Below, in pieces: positions 54,985 through 63,944 of a stretch of DNA of 64,000 nt. The notes below the pieces were generated by a model. The model was not told the DNA's origin. It did not search any database and saw only the letters and a list, made by a program, of their open reading frames with translations. Position numbers and translations under genes: made by a program. The first letter of the stretch is position 1. Every line of letters begins with the position of its first letter. This stretch comes from a virus (lineage: Duplodnaviria; Caudoviricetes): positions 17,849 to 81,848 of the IMG/VR virus record IMGVR_UViG_3300020045_002401, one strand, 5' to 3'.

Positions 54985-54986
54985 AA

Positions 54987-55868
54987 TTAAATAATTTTTT
55001 CTTTAATTAATATTTCTCTTACTGCTTCAATCAAATCTTCAATACTACCATCATTATTAAAAACATAATCAAATGTAGTAGTATCTAAAGCTGTTTCAGA
55101 TTTATGTAATGTTTCTATTTCAGCTTTAATACCTTTAGAATTAGGTCTAATAACTCTAATACTAATTCCTCCTTTATCCTTAATAGCTTTAAGTTCATTA
55201 GGAAACCTAGTATCTGTAATAACCCAATTAGGGTAAGAGGCTTGTATTTCTTTAAACATTTGATCTTTTAACGCTAAATATATAACACTATCTACTTCTT
55301 TTAAATGATTAAAATCTTTTACACCTTTAGTAAAAAACCAATTTTCTTTAAAATTATCAGTATCTGCTATTCCTTTATACTTACTCATTAAAGCATTAAC
55401 CCAAATATTATCAAGTAATTGATTTCTAAATAATTCAGTACCTATAAGTTGAAGTAATAATCTAGGAGTATAAACCGTCTTATAAGCAGTTTGCCAATTA
55501 ACTATACGTTCCTTTTCATATTTTTCTTTAGTACATTGAACACTATCCATCATTTTATGTGACGGATTATCATCAGAATGAGACCAAAAGCCATTAGCAT
55601 AAGCATATTTAGTCCATTCTTCGGGAAGTTCTTTTTCCTTAAACTCTCTATCTTCTAATTGTTCTCTAGTACAACCAAGAAGTATACATACAATATCTTT
55701 AAGAGAATCCGCCCATTTCTTTATTTCAAATTTAGGACTTAATACTTCTCTTTTAAGAAAAGCCTTTACACCTTCATTAGTTAATTGAGGACTACCTGTA
55801 AGTATTTGTATAATTTTACCTACTGTATCTTTACCACTTCCTATTTTACCTGATATACTAATTATCAT
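54987..55868 (-). CDS. Deoxynucleoside monophosphate kinase (T4 gp1-like)
   Basis: GKIGSGKDT P-loop, RLLLQLIGTE, WVNAL, ITDTRFPNE, HKSETALD. Confidence 0.85.
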   Translation of the reverse strand: MIISISGKIGSGKDTVGKIIQILTGSPQLTNEGVKAFLKREVLSPKFEIKKWADSLKDIVCILLGCTREQLEDREFKEKELPEEWTKYAYANGFWSHSDDNPSHKMMDSVQCTKEKYEKERIVNWQTAYKTVYTPRLLLQLIGTELFRNQLLDNIWVNALMSKYKGIADTDNFKENWFFTKGVKDFNHLKEVDSVIYLALKDQMFKEIQASYPNWVITDTRFPNELKAIKDKGGISIRVIRPNSKGIKAEIETLHKSETALDTTTFDYVFNNDGSIEDLIEAVREILIKEKII

Positions 55869-55869
55869 A

Positions 55870-56193
55870 TTATACTAGTTTTAACCAAAGATGTCTAAAT
55901 AAACCTTTTGAATACCCTGTATAAGCCTCTTTTTTAGTATTAGTATATCTAAAAGTTACATTAATACCCATAACTTGTTGCACATCATCTAACCAATTAA
56001 AAAATTCATTATATGTAGAAGGGTATAAATCAAAATAATAATTTACACACATTAAACCTTCTATAATATCATCATCTCCTATATCTTCCGGTTTTAAATG
56101 ATAAGCTTTATTAACCTCTTTAGCATTATAATCTCTTAATGCTACATTAAATCTTTCTTCCATATTAGCTGGAAATTTTACTACTAGTCCCAT
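55870..56193 (-). CDS. Hypothetical protein
   Basis: 107-aa ORF in the operon. Confidence 0.7.
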   Translation of the reverse strand: MGLVVKFPANMEERFNVALRDYNAKEVNKAYHLKPEDIGDDDIIEGLMCVNYYFDLYPSTYNEFFNWLDDVQQVMGINVTFRYTNTKKEAYTGYSKGLFRHLWLKLV

Positions 56194-56198
56194 AGTTT

Positions 56199-56597
56199 TT
56201 ATTTTTTGCGTTTCTTTTTCTTTTGTATTAAATGGGTATTCTTTTTACGTACTTTACCTTTAGAAGTAGGATTATAATTTAAAGTCTGTTTTGCTTCATT
56301 ATATTCTTCAATTCGCTCAGTATCTTTACCTTTAAATTCTTTTCTTCTGCCTATCCAAAGTTCTTGTTCAGCTTTGCTATGTAAACTATCTTTAATTGCT
56401 TTATCAAATATATCTCTAGCTTCTGGTGTCATACTTTGATATATTCGATCTATATAATCTTGAGTAAAGTCATGTGGTTTAGAATTAAGTATTTCTTTAA
56501 TAACAGCTTTAAGTTTTTCTGCTGATATTTTACCATAAGAGTTTTTTATTAAATCATCTTTCTCTTCCATAAGGTTTAATATTATAAGAGTATCCAA
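56199..56597 (-). CDS. Hypothetical protein with basic C-terminal tail
   Basis: 132 aa ending KKKKRKK. Confidence 0.7.
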   Translation of the reverse strand: MDTLIILNLMEEKDDLIKNSYGKISAEKLKAVIKEILNSKPHDFTQDYIDRIYQSMTPEARDIFDKAIKDSLHSKAEQELWIGRRKEFKGKDTERIEEYNEAKQTLNYNPTSKGKVRKKNTHLIQKKKKRKK

Positions 56598-56623
56598 TTA
56601 AGGATACTTTTAATTTTTATTTA

Positions 56624-57832
56624 TTAATCCAATAATTCTCTATACTGAATAAACCCTTTAAAGTTACGACACCATCCACCTAAAGCTTTTACCCTTTCTC
56701 TACTTAAATCAGAAATAGTTCTTCTATCATGAATACGACCTTTTAAATATTCATCATATTCTCTATTTGTCATAACCCTAGCAACATGTTCAAAAGGAGA
56801 CCAATGACCAGATTTAGATAATACTTCATAAAGTTCTAAATCTTTCTCATAATTAATTTCAGGATTATCTCCTAAAGTTTGGTACGAAAGACGGGCACAA
56901 CGAGCAGTAGAAATTTTACATTGTAAAGTTTCTCTAGTATCAGTTCTACCATAATCAGTATTAATTAGCCAATTATCTAAAGTTTGACTACTCATATTAT
57001 CTCCATAAGGAATATGCCATTCACCTTCTTGTAATACTTTAGGTTCAGATTCTTGAATAGCATCATATATAGCTTCAGCAAGAAACATCATATGAATATC
57101 AGCTTGTCCCGTATTAAGATTTAACCATTGTAGTGTAGATAAGTCTCCTAATGATGTACAACCTTCAGGATATTCAATAGGATTATCAGTACCAAAATAA
57201 GCAATAATATCTTTTTTACTTTTAAATACATATTCTTTTTCTTCATCGTGAAATGTATATTTAGGACATCTAAGATTAAAAAAGTTTTCCCATTCAGTAG
57301 AACTAATAAGTACTTTATGATACATAAAAGGTTCAAGAAGTCTATTAGCTAATTGTTTAGTAATACCAAGAGAAGCTAAAAGTATAGCACATTTAACAGC
57401 TTTATCTCTTGTATATAACCACCATTCTTCTAATGTTTTTCTTGTATCTTTATGTTTATCTGTTATTTCAGTTAATAAACTTAAAATTTGTTTATCTTCT
57501 TTATTATTAAATTCTAAATCAGATTGATATTTAAAAGTATCAGAAAGAATAGTTAAAAATTCAGGTAAAGAATAATCTGTATTTTTATCAAAATATTCAG
57601 TACCTTGCATACCTAAATGATCTTTTTGAAAAGCATAAGGAATAAAAGGATTTTTTAATACTTCTTTTAACATTTTTCTAAATGGTATTGCTCTACTACT
57701 TGCACTATTTTTACTAAATAGTCTATGAGTATTTAATTCCGCAAGAATATATCTAGGAAATACTATTTCTAGAGTAGTTAATCTATCTCCAGTTGGGCCA
57801 ATACTATCGGCAATAATTTCTGCTTGTATCAT
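56624..57832 (-). CDS. thyX: Flavin-dependent thymidylate synthase-like (phage Thy1/ThyX)
   Basis: LAELNTHRLFSKNSASSRAIP, KQLANRLLEPF, STARCARLSY, HWSPFEH. Confidence 0.8.
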   Translation of the reverse strand: MIQAEIIADSIGPTGDRLTTLEIVFPRYILAELNTHRLFSKNSASSRAIPFRKMLKEVLKNPFIPYAFQKDHLGMQGTEYFDKNTDYSLPEFLTILSDTFKYQSDLEFNNKEDKQILSLLTEITDKHKDTRKTLEEWWLYTRDKAVKCAILLASLGITKQLANRLLEPFMYHKVLISSTEWENFFNLRCPKYTFHDEEKEYVFKSKKDIIAYFGTDNPIEYPEGCTSLGDLSTLQWLNLNTGQADIHMMFLAEAIYDAIQESEPKVLQEGEWHIPYGDNMSSQTLDNWLINTDYGRTDTRETLQCKISTARCARLSYQTLGDNPEINYEKDLELYEVLSKSGHWSPFEHVARVMTNREYDEYLKGRIHDRRTISDLSRERVKALGGWCRNFKGFIQYRELLD

Positions 57833-57842
57833 ATTATTTACT

Positions 57843-58130
57843 TTATAATTTTATATACATTTTGCTATCATATACCTCATATAAATGAATAATTTTTCTT
57901 TGTTCATTTTTATTTTTAGGTATTTTATTCCAATCTTCAATAATTCTTTCCCATATTTTAGTATAGGTTAAATTATCAGCTAATCCATGTTTTCTACTAT
58001 AACTAATTAAATCTATATAAGTCATAGTTTCTTCATGTTTACCATGTTTACTCAAAAGTACGGCAGTTATAGCTGTAGGCTTATCTGCTGAAATAAATTG
58101 TTTTTTTAATCGTGAATTTAATTTATTCAT
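57843..58130 (-). CDS. Hypothetical protein
   Basis: 95-aa ORF in the operon. Confidence 0.6.
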   Translation of the reverse strand: MNKLNSRLKKQFISADKPTAITAVLLSKHGKHEETMTYIDLISYSRKHGLADNLTYTKIWERIIEDWNKIPKNKNEQRKIIHLYEVYDSKMYIKL

Positions 58131-58142
58131 AATTACAAATAT

Positions 58143-58343
58143 TTAAGTTATTACCCATTCATGATTAATATCAGGTATAAATGTAAGACTAGAAGTCCAT
58201 TCATATCCTACACTTTCTAGTATAAATTGGTCAGGTACATTTACATGTACTTCCTGTACTTCTCTAACTAACCAACCATTAGGTACTTTAGTTCTATGTA
58301 AGCTACCAGCTCTATCATGTGGTATTTCTTCCCAAACTAACAT
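58143..58343 (-). CDS. Small hypothetical protein
   Basis: 66 aa; RTKVPNGWLV...LTFIPD.NHEW. Confidence 0.7.
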   Translation of the reverse strand: MLVWEEIPHDRAGSLHRTKVPNGWLVREVQEVHVNVPDQFILESVGYEWTSSLTFIPDINHEWVIT

Positions 58344-59020
58344 TACTTTTTCTTTCTAGCAAATCTAACTACAATACCTTCTCTACTATATTTAATAGGA
58401 GGTATTACATTAGCTTTTAGTTTATCTTCTAATTGCTCTTCTCCAAGTATTGGTAAACTCCAATATTCTTCTTTCAAACTTCTAATACCTAATGTTTTAA
58501 CTTCAGCAGGTAATTCAGTTTTAATATATTTTTCTCTTTCTTTAACCATTTCTTTAAGTTGAGCAGTTAATTCATAAAGTCTATTAAGATATAAATCTCC
58601 ACATTCTTTATAATCCATAGTAGTAGCACCTCCTATAGCTTCTATTGATATAGTAGCACCATAAGCTTGATATTTTTCTCCTCCTAAAGTATTAATGATT
58701 TTATCTCTAAACCACGCTTTAGCTTCTTTATTAGTTCTAGCAACATCACTTCCTAAAAAATACTCATGCAAATGTTGCATTTTCTTAATCATTAATAATG
58801 TTTTAATAGGGTCAGCATTACCTTCCTTTAAAGCATTAAAAATTTGATTACCAAATTCACTACCTTCTATATTAAGAAAATTACTAACTGTACCTACTAC
58901 AGTTTCTTCTTCCATATATACTAAACCTTGTTCTTCTGCATTAGCTTCATAGGTTGATAATAATTCAGCAGGGATAGCTTCTTCGTTATCCGGATTCCAT
59001 TCTTGATTTTCTGTGTTCAT
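58343..59020 (-). CDS. Hypothetical protein
   Basis: 225 aa, acidic N-terminus. Confidence 0.75.
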   Translation of the reverse strand: MNTENQEWNPDNEEAIPAELLSTYEANAEEQGLVYMEEETVVGTVSNFLNIEGSEFGNQIFNALKEGNADPIKTLLMIKKMQHLHEYFLGSDVARTNKEAKAWFRDKIINTLGGEKYQAYGATISIEAIGGATTMDYKECGDLYLNRLYELTAQLKEMVKEREKYIKTELPAEVKTLGIRSLKEEYWSLPILGEEQLEDKLKANVIPPIKYSREGIVVRFARKKK

Positions 59021-59046
59021 TGTTTATATAATTAAATTAATTTATG

Positions 59047-60096
59047 TTAAAAAGGTAAATCATTAGTATCATGTTTACTAATATCAATACCAAGTTTTTC
59101 TAATATAACATCAAAAGCTTCTCTAGCTTCATTATTATAACAATACTTATTTCTAAAATCAACTAACATTTCTGTTATACCCATTTTAGATATTAAGAAT
59201 TTTTTAATACCTTGTAAAGCTTTAGTAAAATAAGATTGTGATTTTAAATGTTCTTTAATATCTGAATTTTTAATCACAATTTCTTCTCCTTGTTCAGTAG
59301 CAACAAATTCTAATTTACCAGCTATAACTTTAGGTTTAATAGCTACATACTTACTACTAGGTATAATTTGTACATATTTCATATCATCTAATTCTTGGTC
59401 TTTAAAACTAAACTTCTGTTCAGCTTCATTTATTTTAGATGTATGCCAACTAGTATTAAATGAATTAGGAACTCTCCTATCTCTATCTAATTTTAATACA
59501 CTAGGTCTAAGATTATAAGACTTCTTAAAATTTGGTACATTACATACAAATAATCTACCTACATAAAGATTACCTACAGCTTTATCTACTATATCCCCAT
59601 GAGGTTCAGCAGTATATAATATATCTTTCTTTTTAATAAGATTATTATTAAATTCACTAAATTCAACAGTAGGTAATTCCATACTAATAGAAAAACCGTT
59701 AATAATACTTCCTCTATCTTTTACTACTAATGCTAATGTTTTACCTATATGATTCTGATTTACCCAATTAGCTGTAATTTCTTTTTTAGGAGTATGAATA
59801 GTAATTTTATAATCTAATCTAAGGAATACTAACATAGCCATTTTAAGACCTTCTCCATGTTGACCTATAGCTTCTGTATTATCACCTTTAACAGATTTAC
59901 CTATTTGTAAAAATTCTAAATTTTCAGGTTTGTATTCATTACTTATTGTTACACAACTACAATGGTCAATTTTTGATATTCTTTGAGTAAATGTACCATA
60001 ATCCATAAAATTCTGATAAATTTCTCTTAATGCTTCTTGTATTCCCCAATCTTTAAGGTATTCTTCTCCAATACCATAATGTATTATATTAGTCAT
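59047..60096 (-). CDS. GHKL (HATPase_c-like) ATPase
   Basis: WGIQEALREIYQNFMD (N box), IGKSVK, IGQHGEGLK (G boxes). Confidence 0.75.
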   Translation of the reverse strand: MTNIIHYGIGEEYLKDWGIQEALREIYQNFMDYGTFTQRISKIDHCSCVTISNEYKPENLEFLQIGKSVKGDNTEAIGQHGEGLKMAMLVFLRLDYKITIHTPKKEITANWVNQNHIGKTLALVVKDRGSIINGFSISMELPTVEFSEFNNNLIKKKDILYTAEPHGDIVDKAVGNLYVGRLFVCNVPNFKKSYNLRPSVLKLDRDRRVPNSFNTSWHTSKINEAEQKFSFKDQELDDMKYVQIIPSSKYVAIKPKVIAGKLEFVATEQGEEIVIKNSDIKEHLKSQSYFTKALQGIKKFLISKMGITEMLVDFRNKYCYNNEAREAFDVILEKLGIDISKHDTNDLPF

Positions 60097-60106
60097 ATTG
60101 TTAATA

Positions 60107-60289
60107 TTAATTGTTATACGTTCTTATACGTTTTCTTTTTTTATTACCTTTTATACCCCATAATGTACCCTTATACACATTAATACAAGCAATATAATAA
60201 TAATTAGCACTTTCTATTTTAAATCGTTTACCAGCTTTATCTACACCAGTAATGCAATAACTTTCTATTCTTTGGTCATTAGCACTCAT
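60107..60289 (-). CDS. Small hypothetical protein
   Basis: 60 aa; first gene downstream of the 60290-60533 intergenic gap. Confidence 0.65.
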   Translation of the reverse strand: MSANDQRIESYCITGVDKAGKRFKIESANYYYIACINVYKGTLWGIKGNKKRKRIRTYNN

Positions 60290-60442
60290 ATTAAGGAATC
60301 TATTAATTAAATTGTAGTAAAATTTTGAATGGTTTAAGGTATTAAAAAATTTTGAATATAATAGAACATAACTAGAAAAAGTTTGTTAAATGTGGATGGA
60401 CTGTGTAAGTATGTGAAGCTAAAATCAGGTCTTTGAAAAGCT

Positions 60443-60466
60443 TGCCCATAGGAAAGAATTAATTCG
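60443..60466 (-). repeat. Dispersed motif copy (CGAATTAATTCTTTCCTATGGGCA)
   Basis: Exact spacing; intergenic. Confidence 0.9.
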
Positions 60467-60483
60467 ACTTTATCAACCTAAAT

Positions 60484-60507
60484 CGAATACACTCTTCTCT
60501 ACGGGCA
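60484..60507 (+). repeat. Dispersed motif copy (CGAATACACTCTTCTCTACGGGCA)
   Basis: Exact spacing; intergenic, 17 bp from its inverted partner. Confidence 0.92.
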
Positions 60508-60533
60508 AGTTTAACTTCTTTACTGTCATCGTC

Positions 60534-60974
60534 CTAATCAGCTATATCACTATTATTCTTTAGTTTTATAGCTATTACATTATAAGTTTGAATAGTACTT
60601 CTATTAGTAATAAAAGTTACATTAAAAAATGGTGCTTTACCCCTTATATGTTTTTTTATATCCATTTTAATTTCTAATGTATTAAGGTATTGATGTACAT
60701 TACCTGATTTAAATACAAAAAATTCAAATATAGGTATTATAAGATAATACGGATGATGATATACAAGAATATGTTTAGTATGTCTAAATTTAATTAATTC
60801 TTTTCCTTGTAAATTATCTACTAATGGAACCATTTTAAGTTGTTCTCTAGTCATTTCATATACAACATCATCAGGAATACCAAATATACAAGTATTTTTA
60901 ATATCATTTAATCTTCTTAATACTTTAGGAAATAATGCAGCATTAACCGTGTATAATAACTTATTTTGTATCAT
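60534..60974 (-). CDS. Hypothetical protein
   Basis: 146-aa ORF abutting the ligase stop codon. Confidence 0.65.
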   Translation of the reverse strand: MIQNKLLYTVNAALFPKVLRRLNDIKNTCIFGIPDDVVYEMTREQLKMVPLVDNLQGKELIKFRHTKHILVYHHPYYLIIPIFEFFVFKSGNVHQYLNTLEIKMDIKKHIRGKAPFFNVTFITNRSTIQTYNVIAIKLKNNSDIAD

Positions 60975-62300
60975 TTAAAAACATTTATCAATAGTATTAT
61001 TTTCATAATCTCTAACAATATTATGAACTATATGAAAAGGAATATCTTTATCAGTATATTCATAGAAGGAACAAGTTAACATCTTATTTAAGAATAAGTG
61101 AGGAGTCATAACCATAAGTCGTTTATAATCTTCATCTTCTGTAGGAGTAACTTTGAATTCCATACCATTATTGGTAGTACAAATATATAATCCTAATTCA
61201 GGGTCATTATCTTGTGATGCTATACCTATGATTTGAAATTCTTCATCTATAAGACGTTTTAATTTAAGCATATTAACAGTACGTTTACCAAATTGATAGG
61301 GTGCACTTATTTTTCGAAGTATAATACCTTCATAACCTTCTTCTATGAATTGATCAGTTTTAACTTGTACGTGAGCATCATTAATCATTTTAAAAGTTTT
61401 TACAAATCTAACTGGTACAGTAGTTTTATAATTACCATCAAAATCAATACATTCACGTAATTTATGTTTTACCATTGCAAATCTTACAGCATTAGAATGT
61501 TCTGGTATAGCAACATCATAAACTTCATAAGTAATAGAAGGTGTATTAAGATTAGGTTTAATAACAGCAGAACGTATATATTGTAATTTTTCATTATGAA
61601 TATATAATTCTCCATCATATACAATAGGTTTACCATTAATATCTTCAAATAAATCAAGACGTTCAGAAAACCAATTAATAATATGTTCTACTATATATTG
61701 TTCTCCTTCTTTAGATTTCATCTTAACTTCGCCATTTTCAAGATAAACATTACATCTTACTCCGTTTATTTTAGGTTGACCATAAATAGGAAAAGTAGCA
61801 ACTATAGCACCTTTTTCTTTAGGTTCATGTGGATTTTTAAGATAATAATATTTTCTATCTTTCCATACTTTACCTGTAGGGTCAATCCAATCTTTTTTAC
61901 TTCTAAAATAACCAGCAGCGAGCATAGGTTTAAGCATACCATCTAAATCTGTAGAATCAATAGGAAGATTAGTTCCTATTAATTCTACGATTTCGTTTTC
62001 ATCTAACATTGCTAAATCCATTGGATTAATACCTAAATCTTCTAATGATTTATAACCGTATTTTCTTTGTGCAAGTATAATAGATTGCATCATAGATTCA
62101 GCTTGTTGTTCTTTAGTAGTTTGGTTAGATTTACCAATATTTTTTTCTTTAACACTTTTATGATGTAAAGTTTTAGCACCGTAGTATTCTCCAGTTTTAA
62201 TTTCTAACTCTATATCATTATATCTAGTTAAGGCTTTAATACTCCATACTAAAACTTTTCCTTTTACATTCTTCTTATACAATGTTTCTTCAAGATTCAT
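60975..62300 (-). CDS. ATP-dependent DNA ligase
   Basis: QPKINGVRC (motif I), YDGELY (III), YEVYDV (IIIa), YEGIILR (IV), LKLK (V); C-terminal OB fold. Confidence 0.88.
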   Translation of the reverse strand: MNLEETLYKKNVKGKVLVWSIKALTRYNDIELEIKTGEYYGAKTLHHKSVKEKNIGKSNQTTKEQQAESMMQSIILAQRKYGYKSLEDLGINPMDLAMLDENEIVELIGTNLPIDSTDLDGMLKPMLAAGYFRSKKDWIDPTGKVWKDRKYYYLKNPHEPKEKGAIVATFPIYGQPKINGVRCNVYLENGEVKMKSKEGEQYIVEHIINWFSERLDLFEDINGKPIVYDGELYIHNEKLQYIRSAVIKPNLNTPSITYEVYDVAIPEHSNAVRFAMVKHKLRECIDFDGNYKTTVPVRFVKTFKMINDAHVQVKTDQFIEEGYEGIILRKISAPYQFGKRTVNMLKLKRLIDEEFQIIGIASQDNDPELGLYICTTNNGMEFKVTPTEDEDYKRLMVMTPHLFLNKMLTCSFYEYTDKDIPFHIVHNIVRDYENNTIDKCF

Positions 62301-62820
62301 AAGCTTTTATATTTTTAAATTTAACTTCAACTACTGTTACATACTTAGTATGTAATAATCTATAAATAGAATTTACAGAATGAAAGGGTGTTCTACCAAT
62401 ATCTACTAAATTATATCTATTTAACTGTTCTTCTTTAGTTATAGTATAATCTCTAAATATAGTAATATCTCCACCATCAAATTTATGTCTTTTCTTTATT
62501 ACTATATTACTTAGTAAATGATATATTTCAGTAAACTCAAATAAGTCACCTGAATATAAGGTCTTATGTTCTTTTACATCAGTAGGACTAAATGGGAAAG
62601 TAGAAAGCTTAAAAATAGTACTATCAAATAAGTTTTTTTTCTTAACTTCAAATGTTCTTTCTCTAACTGGTATAGCAATAAACATTTTAGTAGTCTTTTC
62701 TGTATGGTTAACGTATTGTTTAAGAATAACAAATTCTTGTTTTTTTTTAAATAACCAATTAATATAGTTATTTATCTTTTCTTTATGACTAGAAATAGGG
62801 ACTAGAAAATCTTGTATCAT
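62290..62820 (-). CDS. Hypothetical protein
   Basis: 176-aa ORF overlapping its neighbours. Confidence 0.65.
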   Translation of the reverse strand: MIQDFLVPISSHKEKINNYINWLFKKKQEFVILKQYVNHTEKTTKMFIAIPVRERTFEVKKKNLFDSTIFKLSTFPFSPTDVKEHKTLYSGDLFEFTEIYHLLSNIVIKKRHKFDGGDITIFRDYTITKEEQLNRYNLVDIGRTPFHSVNSIYRLLHTKYVTVVEVKFKNIKAYES

Positions 62821-63944
62821 TTTATATGTTTTAATGAGTTATAATTATACCAATCAAAGTAATCTAATACATCTTTAAATTTAGCTTCAATGGTATCTAT
62901 AAGTTTTAATGTCTCTTTATGACCATTTATAGCTCTAAAATCAGTAAAGTCTTTAGCCCCATAATGAGGTTGATGGAAACGTCCTTTGGTTAACATTAAA
63001 GGTTGAATTCCATAAAGTTTTTTATATTTTTGAGCAAGTAATATTCCAGCTTTATCATAATCGAAATTAGTTAATAAAATATCTACTTTATTTTTAAGTT
63101 TAAATATTTCATCAGGTTTCATTAAATATGTTTCAGATGGAACGGCAATAGATGATATATCATAAGTATCATAACATATTACATCTTTATAGGATTTAGT
63201 TATTAATCCATATTTGGCAGGTTTAAAAAATTGTTCTCCATATATAAAAGCATAATTAGATGTAAATCTATTTACTTTTCTATAGGGATAATATATTTTC
63301 CATAAACCAACACCATTAAGTTTACCTCCATAGTAGGCATAGGCAGGGTCATTAGAGCGGTATCTATAAAGTTCATATAAATCTTGGTTTTCATTTTGTA
63401 TATAAAGTTTTTTAACCATGTATACATTACCAATTCTTAACGAATCTTTATTAATACCATACATATCTGTCCAAAATTTAGTATCATAACTATTCATAGC
63501 ACGAGGTTCAATTTTGAATATTTTTAATGTAGTTTGAGTTCTATAACTTTTATAAAATATCTCTAGTTTTTCTACTTCTTCTCCATCTTTATATTTATGT
63601 ATTTTAAAGTCTGAAGCTATTTTATTAAGAAGTAATGCCATTCCTTGTGGAGTTGTAATTTTTATTCTAAGCATTTCAGATGCCGCATCAAAAGCATCAC
63701 CTTGGAAACCGTTACTCCAATCTTTAAATCGTAATTTAGCATATCCAGTTGCATCTATAGTATAATAGTAATTACAGGTTGGTTTGATATCTACTCTAAA
63801 AGGTGATAAGCAGGAATTAGCTTCAAGTGTTTTAGGGCACACTTTTATCTTTAAATACCTTTCCATTAATTGCTCTTGACTAACACGGTCTAATATATAT
63901 CTAATTGTAAGTTTATCTACAATACCGAGATTAGTTATTTTCAT
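62817..63944 (-). CDS. DNA primase (DnaG-like zinc-finger plus Toprim); likely start ATG at 63944
   Basis: CLSPFRVDIKPTC...FKDWSNG..GDAFD; LITKSYKDVIC; NFDYDKAG Toprim DxD. Confidence 0.82.
   Translation of the reverse strand: MKITNLGIVDKLTIRYILDRVSQEQLMERYLKIKVCPKTLEANSCLSPFRVDIKPTCNYYYTIDATGYAKLRFKDWSNGFQGDAFDAASEMLRIKITTPQGMALLLNKIASDFKIHKYKDGEEVEKLEIFYKSYRTQTTLKIFKIEPRAMNSYDTKFWTDMYGINKDSLRIGNVYMVKKLYIQNENQDLYELYRYRSNDPAYAYYGGKLNGVGLWKIYYPYRKVNRFTSNYAFIYGEQFFKPAKYGLITKSYKDVICYDTYDISSIAVPSETYLMKPDEIFKLKNKVDILLTNFDYDKAGILLAQKYKKLYGIQPLMLTKGRFHQPHYGAKDFTDFRAINGHKETLKLIDTIEAKFKDVLDYFDWYNYNSLKHIK

Noticed and set aside
2293-60507. Dispersed motif interpreted as a CRISPR array or REP/MITE element
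   Set aside because: Copies are kb apart, non-palindromic, degenerate in the middle and in frame within genes, with no target duplications.
1033-61946. Short overlapping or antisense ORFs in the track (e.g. 1033, 1176, 1411, 3938, 5012, 5903, 6758, 6811, 7292, 9816, 12029, 19559, 23728, 24507, 29203, 31951, 34968-49242 shadows, 54215, 57148, 61683)
   Set aside because: They are nested in longer genes with recognisable motifs and look like shadow frames.
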